Below the pieces are notes generated by a model, which saw only the letters and a program-made list of their open reading frames with translations, did no database searches and was not told the origin of the DNA. Position numbers and translations under genes: made by a program. Below, in pieces: positions 38,640 to 47,474 of a stretch of DNA of 64,000 bases. Location: positions 64,001 through 128,000 of the forward strand of contig JAUVNS010000012.1 in NCBI GenBank assembly GCA_030599585.1, written 5' to 3'. Each line of letters starts with the position of its first letter. Within the stretch, counting starts at the first letter, position 1. This DNA comes from Promethearchaeota archaeon. GTDB taxonomy: Archaea; Asgardarchaeota; Lokiarchaeia; Sigyniarchaeales; SOKP01.

Positions 38640-39434
38640 ATGAAGAAAAAATATAGAGTTTTAAATATTATAACTCTTTATGTTGTTTTCGCTTTAATCT
38701 ATTTGACTTTCTTCCTATTACAACTAGATAGTTTACCATTATTCCTCTTTCTAACTATTGGGAGTGTTGCTGTATTATCGACAGGTACGATCTATACCGT
38801 CGTTCAATATAAAAGCAGCCCAGCGAAGAGGATAAAAAAAGACAAATATTATCAAAAGCCAAAATCTATCAAAAGAACTTCGAGTGAACTGATTGAGGAT
38901 TACCTTGAAGCTATGCCATTAATAGATCAATACGCTGACACCACTGAAACCTTTGAAAATATTGATTCAATCGATGATTATATTTTTACTTTTTTCACTC
39001 AGGAAGTATTAGATAAAATCGATTTGTTAGGGTTTTCAAAAATGGATAAAATCTTTTTTATCAGAGAGATGTTGTATTTTGATGCTGATGAGAGAAAGCA
39101 ACTTATTGATGATATTTTGAAAAATAAAGATTTAATTGACGAACAGATAACATACAACCCTCCATTAACCACAATTGGAATGGATGATAAAGTTCGCGTT
39201 TATGTAAGATCCTTAGTCGAACCGGGGGAGAGAACCAAAATCATCATTATTGAAACCTCCGAATTAATAGATATAATCAAGGAGCAAGTTGGAATTCTTT
39301 TTGATTATAGTTTGGAAGATTTTCATTTATCTTCGGGGGGAATTCTCCTTTCCACAGAAAAGCAAATAAAGGACTATTTTATTGACGATGATGACGAAAT
39401 TGCTCTGATTCCGTCGAGAAAAAAAGATAAATAG
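38640..39434 (+). CDS. Two-TM membrane protein with C-terminal ubiquitin-like domain lacking terminal Gly
   Basis: Two N-terminal TMs; last ~80 aa align with the neighbouring Ubls (PGE, DFHLSSGG, KDY, D.I.LIP) but end SRKKDK. Confidence 0.8.
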   Translation: MKKKYRVLNIITLYVVFALIYLTFFLLQLDSLPLFLFLTIGSVAVLSTGTIYTVVQYKSSPAKRIKKDKYYQKPKSIKRTSSELIEDYLEAMPLIDQYADTTETFENIDSIDDYIFTFFTQEVLDKIDLLGFSKMDKIFFIREMLYFDADERKQLIDDILKNKDLIDEQITYNPPLTTIGMDDKVRVYVRSLVEPGERTKIIIIETSELIDIIKEQVGILFDYSLEDFHLSSGGILLSTEKQIKDYFIDDDDEIALIPSRKKDK

Positions 39435-39450
39435 AATGAGATTTTTTTTC

Positions 39451-41109
39451 CTAGAGATTTCTAATTTCTTGAAACCTACTAATAACCCATTTTTTATCCA
39501 AGGCAGCTATGAATGGTGCAAACCGAGGACCCCTTGTTCTTCCAAGAAACAATTGATAGAGTAGTTCAAAGAATTGATTCATATCCTTACGATTTATTTC
39601 TGCTTCTTCTCGTAAGGTTATCATTTTTTGTTTTATATCTTCCTCAGTCCAGTTTGTTTCTTCGAGTGCTTGTCCAAGATCTAAAACAAAGTTACGTATC
39701 TTTTCGTTATACTGCCTTAAAACAACTGGCGAAACGTGTTTGCTTAATTGTATTCTGAGATGTTTTGGAGAATATTCTGATATTACCCAATTCTTAGCCA
39801 GATTTAATCTTTTTTGAATATGATCAGTAATCTCCTTTGATGGGCTTTCTTTTAACTTTTCTGTTGCTATTAATTTTTCAATAACTTGTTCAGTTCCCTT
39901 TTGGTCAGGAGTTACTAGTTGGGAATGAATAAGAGCAGTTTGATAGTCAAATTGGAATCCTCTATATTCTGGGATGTCATTATAAAACGCAATTTCATAA
40001 CTCCTTTGAATTGTATGAAGTTCTGCTGAATCGGTAAATGATTCTATTTTATGATAGATTCTCTGGGCTCGATCGTATTCTGCAATATAACTCGGGATCT
40101 TATCTAAACCCAGAATAATGCGTCTTTTTGGAGGTGTTTTGAGATATTTATATTTCAATACTTCTGGTTCAGCATATTCTAACCATTTTGTTGGTGTGAA
40201 CCCGATGAAACCTGAGCTTGTCATATCTCCAAAATCTTTTCGACCTTCTGAATAGCCAACCCATTCATTCCAAAATCCATATGGCCCTTTATGATTTAGG
40301 ACAGATTCTAGAACTTCAATACAACTATCACGGGATCCTCCTGGTGTAGCATGGTCCTTTCCATACGGTTCAAAATGTATATCCAGAACGTACCATATTG
40401 CCAACCATTCAAGCCGCCAAGTTAATTTTCCCTTGCTAATATCTGACCATCCGTCGTTCTTGCATTCATCACAGAAATAATGAACTTGGTAGGTATCAAG
40501 ATTAACTTCCAAAGCTTTTGTTGTACCTATTCGATTACAATGCTGACATAGTGGATTAATGGGAATCCAATTCTCGGGAAAAGGATTTTCTTTACGAAAT
40601 TTATTTAAGATTTCTCGAACCTTGTCCTTTTTGTTAATAAGCTCGATTACTACATTTTTCATTCTCTCCTGCTGATATAATTCATGAGTTCTGATGATCT
40701 GAATGCCTCGTCCAAATTTGGGCATTGGTACTCCAAAATCTTTCCAATAATAATCCACCCAGGTTTCTTTTTGATTGTTAGGAGAAGGAACATCGATTAA
40801 ACGCCAGTTAATAAATTCTTTTGCTTTCTCCAGATCTGGAAACGCATTTAATTGAGCAAGTTTCCCCTTCCATGGGTCTGATGTATAGAGAATTAAATTG
40901 TGTGTGGCTTGATATCCCCGATTTTGGAGTTCATTTACAATCGCATTCGCAAGAACAATCTCTCCTCTTAAGCGTCCGATGTGTTGTTGACCAGATACAG
41001 AAATTCCACAATTGCAATTAAAATCTTTTATTCCTAGCCAATTCTTTATTAGATCGGATGTTAATTTATCTATCCAATGCTGAGGTTGTATCTTTGGCTT
41101 CTCTGTCAT
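39451..41109 (-). CDS. lysS: Lysyl-tRNA synthetase, class I
   Basis: SG..HIG..RG, C..C, GKL.WR.EW...W, EPYGKDHA..GGS, MTSSG, GPR. Confidence 0.95.
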   Translation of the reverse strand: MTEKPKIQPQHWIDKLTSDLIKNWLGIKDFNCNCGISVSGQQHIGRLRGEIVLANAIVNELQNRGYQATHNLILYTSDPWKGKLAQLNAFPDLEKAKEFINWRLIDVPSPNNQKETWVDYYWKDFGVPMPKFGRGIQIIRTHELYQQERMKNVVIELINKKDKVREILNKFRKENPFPENWIPINPLCQHCNRIGTTKALEVNLDTYQVHYFCDECKNDGWSDISKGKLTWRLEWLAIWYVLDIHFEPYGKDHATPGGSRDSCIEVLESVLNHKGPYGFWNEWVGYSEGRKDFGDMTSSGFIGFTPTKWLEYAEPEVLKYKYLKTPPKRRIILGLDKIPSYIAEYDRAQRIYHKIESFTDSAELHTIQRSYEIAFYNDIPEYRGFQFDYQTALIHSQLVTPDQKGTEQVIEKLIATEKLKESPSKEITDHIQKRLNLAKNWVISEYSPKHLRIQLSKHVSPVVLRQYNEKIRNFVLDLGQALEETNWTEEDIKQKMITLREEAEINRKDMNQFFELLYQLFLGRTRGPRFAPFIAALDKKWVISRFQEIRNL

Positions 41110-41242
41110 TCTTACTTATCACTTTGAGATAGATGATTATTTATAATAATGAAGAATAAAAGAAAAATTTAATTGGAACTTGTTTTGGTGAGAGTTTCGT
41201 TTTCTGTTTTACTAGTGTTTTTATAAAGTCCTTCCAACTTAT

Positions 41243-41629
41243 TCAACCAGCAATGCTAGCTGGAATTAATAATATATCATCTCCATCAGCTACATTGTAA
41301 TCGTTAAGGTTAGAGAATTCATCCATGGTAACTCCCCCTGAAGACAAATGAAAATCAGATGGATCTAAAGCAAATAAATTCGCTACAGTATCTTTGATGT
41401 CTCCAATTTTATTCCCTGTGAATACAAGCAATTTTTGTTTTTTCTCCCCTGGTCCTATAGTGGATAGAAAAAAAACTGAAATCTTTTTTCCTTCAGGAGA
41501 CTTTTTGCGTTCTGGGGTCTTAACTCTAAAATCTTTTGTAGGGTGCTTTGAAGACGGATCGTCAAAATCTTCATCTAAGCTTTCATCAAAATCCTCATCG
41601 AATTCTTCGTCGAACTCCTCTTCATCCAT
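41243..41629 (-). CDS. Ubiquitin-like modifier 2 (long acidic N-tail; mature C-terminus ...SIAG)
   Basis: Close paralog of 37283..37615 (STIGPGEKK, DFHLSSGGVTMDE, GDDILLIPAS.AG). Confidence 0.85.
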   Translation of the reverse strand: MDEEEFDEEFDEDFDESLDEDFDDPSSKHPTKDFRVKTPERKKSPEGKKISVFFLSTIGPGEKKQKLLVFTGNKIGDIKDTVANLFALDPSDFHLSSGGVTMDEFSNLNDYNVADGDDILLIPASIAG

Positions 41630-41807
41630 TGCTTAACACCATAAATTTAGATTATTAAATTTTATATTTCTTTTAAAAATTAATGAAATTTATGTTATAT
41701 AAATAGACTTCACAACACCAATTAATTTCTCAAATTGAAATTACAAACACTTTAGAAATCGAATCAATATAATATTAGTAATAAATTATGTAAGGTTAAG
41801 AACTGCC

Positions 41808-42911
41808 ATGAAGGAAAAACCTATTCCTAAGTATCAAATTCGAGAAAAAACGCCCGAAGAGCAACTAGAACCCATCCCTAATGCGAAATTACTTAAAAAA
41901 ATTAAGGAAGAAAGAATTAAATTAAATAAAGAGAAAACTGAATGGGAACGAATTATTAATAAAATTGAAGGGTCTCAAGATAATATTCAAGATTTAGAAA
42001 AAAAAAGAAAAGAAAAAGAACTTCAAGTGAGAGATCTCCAAAACAAACACGAAAAACTAAAAACTAAATTAGATAATATGAGAAACGAAATAAAAGAAAG
42101 TAAATATAATCTCAATGCAAAAGAAAGGGAGTTAGACCAGAAAAATGCCGACTTAGAGCAATATAAAGAGAGATTAGACGGAATAAGAGGCGAATTAGAA
42201 AGCGAGAAGAAATACATAGAAAAAGAAAAAGAAAAAGCAAAAGACAGAATTAAAGAAATAAAAACCAAGTTACCCGGAATGGAACGGAGAGAGAATGCGT
42301 TAGAGAGAACAATCGAAAAGTTGGAAAACAATTTAATGGATTTACGAAACGAAGGTAAAAGCTTAACGAGAGAGAGAGATAACCTAAACAAAGAAATCAA
42401 TAGTTTGAGAAGAGAGATAATAGATGAAAAAAATCGAATTGATAATGAGAAAAGAAGATTAAAAGATGAAAAGGAAAAGGTTCGCTATAAGAAAAAAGAC
42501 TTAAGTCTTCAAGCTCGTGATATTGAGAAAAAAAAAGAGAAATTGGGAAAATTTAAAGAGAATGTAAACCACGACGTAAGAGATTTAGAAAGAAAGAAAA
42601 AAGGGCACGAGGCAAGGTTAAAAGAATTAGACCGGAAAGTACCCAAAGCTGAAGATACTTATTTTTCACTAGAACACAAAATTAATAATTCAGAGAATAA
42701 ATTGAAAAATTTAAAAACCGAAATAAAAAAATTGGAAAAGGAAAAATCGAAAATTGAGGATGATAAATTTTCAATTAGAAAGGAGAGGCAAAGATTAGAC
42801 AGTGATAAAGAGAGATTTCTTAGAGAAAAGAAAAGTTTTGAGAGAGAATTAAAAAAGGCAAAAGAAATACCAAAATATAAAATCAAATCAAAAACTCCTT
42901 CGAGATATTAA
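41808..42911 (+). CDS. Long coiled-coil protein with matching terminal motifs
   Basis: ~310 aa K/E/R/L heptad region flanked by IPKYQIREKTP and IPKYKIKSKTP. Confidence 0.75.
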   Translation: MKEKPIPKYQIREKTPEEQLEPIPNAKLLKKIKEERIKLNKEKTEWERIINKIEGSQDNIQDLEKKRKEKELQVRDLQNKHEKLKTKLDNMRNEIKESKYNLNAKERELDQKNADLEQYKERLDGIRGELESEKKYIEKEKEKAKDRIKEIKTKLPGMERRENALERTIEKLENNLMDLRNEGKSLTRERDNLNKEINSLRREIIDEKNRIDNEKRRLKDEKEKVRYKKKDLSLQARDIEKKKEKLGKFKENVNHDVRDLERKKKGHEARLKELDRKVPKAEDTYFSLEHKINNSENKLKNLKTEIKKLEKEKSKIEDDKFSIRKERQRLDSDKERFLREKKSFERELKKAKEIPKYKIKSKTPSRY

Positions 42912-42919
42912 TCAGTTAA

Positions 42920-43969
42920 GTGGGGGGACTTATGAAGATTCCAAAAGGAATTGAAGGCGATTACCTTGAAATAAAAGAAAACCACCTTTTTTTCGATATA
43001 AAAGGGTATCACCACCCCCAAGACCGAAAAATTTGTTTTTTAAGATTTTACCCCGATCAAAATGGGGATAGAATAAAGGAAGGCAAGAAGTATAAAAAAA
43101 TCTATTCCTTGGATGATAGATATCTGAAAGTAAGAGAAGAATACCCGCAATATCTTTTTTTTTCAAACGAACTTGATTTAGAACTCCAAGGCGTTAAAAT
43201 CGGAGACATTAAAAAAATATACACCCCAAGGGATTATTACTATACGCTAATCACGAAGAAACAATTAGTAGGGGTCGAATTAGCTTTAGTACAATTGTGC
43301 GAGTTGTTTATTAAGAAATGTAAAGTGGATGAGAACTTAATAGGAATATCTGGATCACCCATGGTCGGATTAAATAAAGAAAAGACTGATTTAGATATAT
43401 TAATATATGGTACTCGCGAGAGCTTAGAATTTCAAAACAATTTAAAAAAGATCTTTAGTGTATCAAAGGGTTTAAGGAAGTATAGTGCACAAGAATATAA
43501 AACTCACTACAATTGGAGATTTGGAGGATCTAGCTTTAACTTTGAGAATTTTCTTAAAAGTGAAAAAAGAAAACTCCATCAAGGGAAATATAATGGAACT
43601 GATTTTTTTATTCGGTATATTAAAAGCCCGGAAGATTGGAAAGGAAATTTTTACGATTACCAATTTAAGAATCTAGGAAGGATTGAAATACAAGCAAAGA
43701 TTGTAGATTCATCTGATTCCATTTTTACTCCCTGCTCTTATAAAATTAAATGTAAAGAAATCATGGATAAAAATCTTATTGTGAATAGCATAAATTTAAA
43801 CGATATTACTGAAATCAACTCCTTTCGCGGGAGGTTTTGTGAACACGCTAAGGATGGAGAAAGCGTATTAGTTAAAGGAAAACTAGAAGAAGTAATTTTC
43901 AAAGGTAACCAAAAACATCTAAGAATTTTACTCACGGATCAAACTCAAGATATTTTTTGCGTAATATAG
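42920..43969 (+). CDS. Predicted nucleotidyltransferase (COG1665-like)
   Basis: EGDY, F..KG..HP, G.SGS..VG.....DLD...YG, SFRGRFCE.A..GE...V.G..E. Confidence 0.8.
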   Translation: MGGLMKIPKGIEGDYLEIKENHLFFDIKGYHHPQDRKICFLRFYPDQNGDRIKEGKKYKKIYSLDDRYLKVREEYPQYLFFSNELDLELQGVKIGDIKKIYTPRDYYYTLITKKQLVGVELALVQLCELFIKKCKVDENLIGISGSPMVGLNKEKTDLDILIYGTRESLEFQNNLKKIFSVSKGLRKYSAQEYKTHYNWRFGGSSFNFENFLKSEKRKLHQGKYNGTDFFIRYIKSPEDWKGNFYDYQFKNLGRIEIQAKIVDSSDSIFTPCSYKIKCKEIMDKNLIVNSINLNDITEINSFRGRFCEHAKDGESVLVKGKLEEVIFKGNQKHLRILLTDQTQDIFCVI

Positions 43970-44071
43970 CTTTAACTATCTTACTAAACATAAAGAAGCG
44001 CTTTTTTTCCTAAAACAAAAAAAATAATAGGAACAAATCATTATTTTTATAAGACATACCTAATTTTTAAA

Positions 44072-45142
44072 ATGATTGAGAGATATAAAAAGTCCGCAGA
44101 ATTAGACCCGAAAGACGCAGACGCGTGGATTAACCTCGGGGACGCTTATTACGACGAAAAACTTTTTGATGAAGCTGTAAAAGCATATAAGAAATCAATT
44201 GAACTTATTCCCTATTTTTCAGAAGTATGGAATAATTTAGGCTTGGCGCTCAGTATGATACAAAAGTTCGAAGAAGCTATTGAATGTTATCAAGAAGCGC
44301 TTAAAATCGAACCTGACGACGCAATTTCTTACTATAACATGGGATTTGCATATGAGGATTTAGAAGATTACGAGAATGCGTTAAAATATTATAAAATCGC
44401 ATTAGAGTATGAACCAAGCTACTCAGATGTGTGGAATAATATTGCTTTAATTTATCGAGAAAAAGAACAATATGATGAAGCAATAATATGCTACAAAAAA
44501 GCGATAAAAATCAACCCAGATGAGCTGATGTTATATAACAATCTAGCTATCATCTATTATGATAACCAGAACTTCGAGGAAGCCATAAAAATTTACAAAA
44601 AAGCTATTGATCTTAATCCCAACAATGCGGAATTGTGGTTTGATTTAGGTGACATTGCCTATGAACAAAACGATTACGAATTGGCAATAAACTGTTATAT
44701 AAAAGCAACTGAACTTAACCCTCAATTCATTGAAGCTTGGAATAATTTAGGATTATCCTACACCTTTACGGAAGAATATGAAAAATCTGTCAAGTGCTAT
44801 GAAGAAGCACTAAGTTTGCAGTCTGATGACCCAGTTCTTTACGAAAATTTAGCGTTTAGCTTTAGTGCTTTAAATGATTTTGATAATGCCATTTTATATT
44901 ACCAAAACACTCTTAGAATCGATCCTGAGAATATCAATGCGCTTAAGAAATTAGGTCGCATTTATTGCGATGTGAGAAAAAACTATAAAGAGGCAATAAA
45001 ACATTTCAATCAGATTGTCGCTTTGGATCCTTCCGAATTAGATTTTTGGGAATCAGCTGTAAGTTGTCACGAAAACCTAGGAAATTTTGAAAAAGCTAAA
45101 GAATGGAGCGAAAAAGGGTCTAGACTAAAAGCAAATGATTAA
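44072..45142 (+). CDS. Tetratricopeptide repeat protein (~10 TPRs)
   Basis: 34-aa repeats W.NLG..Y......EA...Y..A....P. Confidence 0.95.
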   Translation: MIERYKKSAELDPKDADAWINLGDAYYDEKLFDEAVKAYKKSIELIPYFSEVWNNLGLALSMIQKFEEAIECYQEALKIEPDDAISYYNMGFAYEDLEDYENALKYYKIALEYEPSYSDVWNNIALIYREKEQYDEAIICYKKAIKINPDELMLYNNLAIIYYDNQNFEEAIKIYKKAIDLNPNNAELWFDLGDIAYEQNDYELAINCYIKATELNPQFIEAWNNLGLSYTFTEEYEKSVKCYEEALSLQSDDPVLYENLAFSFSALNDFDNAILYYQNTLRIDPENINALKKLGRIYCDVRKNYKEAIKHFNQIVALDPSELDFWESAVSCHENLGNFEKAKEWSEKGSRLKAND

Positions 45143-45169
45143 TAATCTATTCTAGTTTTAAATTTACTA

Positions 45170-45223
45170 ATGGATTCATTTAATGCTGACTTACACATCC
45201 ATTCACCTCATTCAAATTTATGA
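45170..45223 (+). pseudogene. 5' stub of endonuclease Q-family gene (island left boundary)
   Basis: Translates MDSFNADLHIHSPHSNL*, versus MNSYNCDLHIHSHHSIG at 50938; upstream sequence also similar (gttttaaatttactaATG vs gtttaagtttaactaATG). Confidence 0.8.
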
Positions 45224-45499
45224 GATCTTTCAATAAAATGCTGTAAAATCAGAATAAATCAACATTACAATCTTTGTAGATTTTCTTATGGAAAGCTTGC
45301 ATTATTTTCGTTACTATTTATCCCTTCCTTAAATGGATTCAGTCTAAGTTTTATATATTATATTTTAATCAAGTTTACTTTACTTTACTTTACATAGATA
45401 TTGTAAACCATAATACTGTATCATGATTTAACAACTATCTTTAAATAAAAGAACAATTTTATATATAATATGAATTTTTAGTTTATTCTATTATGCGAA

Positions 45500-46063
45500 A
45501 TGACTCCTATATGGACTGACAAAGAAGTTAGCGATCTTAAAGAGAATTACCCTAAAGTATCTTGGGATGAATTGTTAAACTTAATTCCAAAGAGAACAAA
45601 AGGAGCAATTAAGAAAAAAGCCTCGGAATTACAATTAAAAAAAAATACGAATGTTAAATGGACTAAAGAGGAAGAAAATTGCGTAGAAGATTATTTAAAA
45701 GGAAAGATCGAATTTCACAGATTAAGGGCTCTATTACCAAATAGATCTACCCAATCAATTAACTTAAGAGGAAGAGAAGTGAGCAAAAAACTAGACATTG
45801 GTTTCTGTCGTTATTGTGGTAAATTTTCGAGTGGTGATTCTCAAGAACTAAACACTCATCGATTACAATGTATTAAAAATCCAAAGAGTGATAATTATGT
45901 AAAACCTTATGGTTTTGATGTGGCTATGAATTATGCAAAAAAGCATAGTGGTTTGCTAGACGAGTTTGCTGATTTATCAGGGATTTTATTTGGATATTCA
46001 ACTAAAGAAGTCGCAGATTATTGCTTAGAAGAAAGATTAAAAAAATATGATTTAATAAAATAA
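45500..46063 (+). CDS. Myb/SANT-like tandem repeat protein with C2HC zinc finger
   Basis: WTDKE...L...RT..AI..KA..L.L and WTKEE...LPNRS..SI repeats; CRYC...H...C. Confidence 0.65.
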   Translation: MTPIWTDKEVSDLKENYPKVSWDELLNLIPKRTKGAIKKKASELQLKKNTNVKWTKEEENCVEDYLKGKIEFHRLRALLPNRSTQSINLRGREVSKKLDIGFCRYCGKFSSGDSQELNTHRLQCIKNPKSDNYVKPYGFDVAMNYAKKHSGLLDEFADLSGILFGYSTKEVADYCLEERLKKYDLIK

Positions 46064-46176
46064 TAAATTTATCAAAATACGCTTTTCTACGTTTTTACAT
46101 GTATTTCTTATGCTTTACGAAGAATATGTTAAGACTACAAGGATATAAAGTTAATTAAAAAAATGTGTGAAAGGAA

Positions 46177-46470
46177 GTGAGTGAAAAAATGTATAGGGAA
46201 GGATTTAAAGAAATATTAAATTTTTATCTGAAGATAAAAAAAAAAGACCAAGCTAATTTAGAAAGAGTTTTAAAGGAAAATGATGAGATAAATATACCGT
46301 ATTGTATTAGATGTCTGTGTAGTACCTTGATTCAAATAAAATATAATGAACTAATTTTGGATGGCGTATCGATTATTGAAGCAACAGATTTCTTAATGGA
46401 CACTTCTAATTGGAAAAAAACTACGGAAGAAATAAGAACAAAATTTAATGTTCCGAAAAGCGTTTCATAA
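46177..46470 (+). CDS. Hypothetical protein
   Basis: 97-aa ORF with AAGGAAG upstream of GTG; no recognised family. Confidence 0.5.
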   Translation: MSEKMYREGFKEILNFYLKIKKKDQANLERVLKENDEINIPYCIRCLCSTLIQIKYNELILDGVSIIEATDFLMDTSNWKKTTEEIRTKFNVPKSVS

Positions 46471-46630
46471 ATTTTATTTATCAAAACGGGAACTCTAAAG
46501 GCATATAATCCCAATTCTCCAAAACAAGACTTACAAAAGGAATAATATCAAAAAATAATATTTCTTTAAATGTGGTATAAAATGAAAGACAGGGAAATAA
46601 ATAGAAAATATCCTAGTATAACCATAGAAA

Positions 46631-47238
46631 TTAATGCGTAATATCTAAATGATGTGAAAGATCTTCGACTTTCTCGGTTTTAAAATCGCAAAAGGGGCAT
46701 TTAAATTTCTCCCATAACACTCTAATTGATTTTATATGCGTGTTCCAAACATGATCACGGACAGGACTTCGATCTTTAGATTCAGGATTACGCGCATCTC
46801 TTTGATAATTAGATAAAATGTCACAATAAGGACATTCCTCGTGTTCCACTATATGTTTAATTTTTATTATATGCGTATTCCAGATATGATCACGCACGAG
46901 ACTTCTATATTCTGATTTATATTCGCAATAAGGACATCCATACAACCCTACAATAATCGCATGATCATGAGTCAAATGATGCAATAAATCTTCTTTCTCT
47001 TTTACTGCAAAACCATTAAGACCGCTATCACAAATAAAGCAAACATACTTTGGTTGTTCTAATGCTTCTAATGCTTCTTGATAAGTTCTTTGGAGGTGCC
47101 TTCATCTTGAAAAGGCGGTATACCGACATCGTGTCTATGATATAAATGAGCTTTTAAGGATTCTTTTTTTTTTGATGCAAAACCATAAAATTTAAAGGGA
47201 CATACATAATAAACTTGATTTAAGTCAAACTCTCTCAT
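46631..47238 (-). pseudogene. Tandem C2H2 zinc-finger protein, split by one frameshift near 47080-47105
   Basis: ATG 47238 (AGGT SD) MREFDLNQVYYVCPF...LKAHLYHRH...; a second frame continues YVCFIC...LLHHLTHDH into the tracked ORF with CPYC...HIWNTH, CPYC...HVWNTH, CPFC...HLDITH. Confidence 0.7.
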
Positions 47239-47474
47239 TTAAATTAACCTAAGTTATGAATTTTTGTTGTTAAAGATATTAACACACATTATATTTAAAG
47301 CGCGAACGGGTAGAGTGATTAGTGAATTAAGATCAAGCAAATTCAGAATTTAGCATTAAAATTTTTCCCATTATATTTAGGGTATTCTTAAAATAAGAAA
47401 TAGAGATGGGAAATGTATCGCGAAGGAAACCGAAGGAGTTTTCCTTGTAAAATAAACAAGTATAATATTAAATC

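Noticed and set aside
39451-41109. lysS as a functional part of the Ubl system
   Set aside because: It is an ordinary full-length class I LysRS; position between Ubl genes alone is insufficient evidence.
47420-47447. Hairpin downstream of the LRR gene as an ncRNA or terminator
   Set aside because: Short imperfect stem only; cannot be supported beyond a possible terminator.
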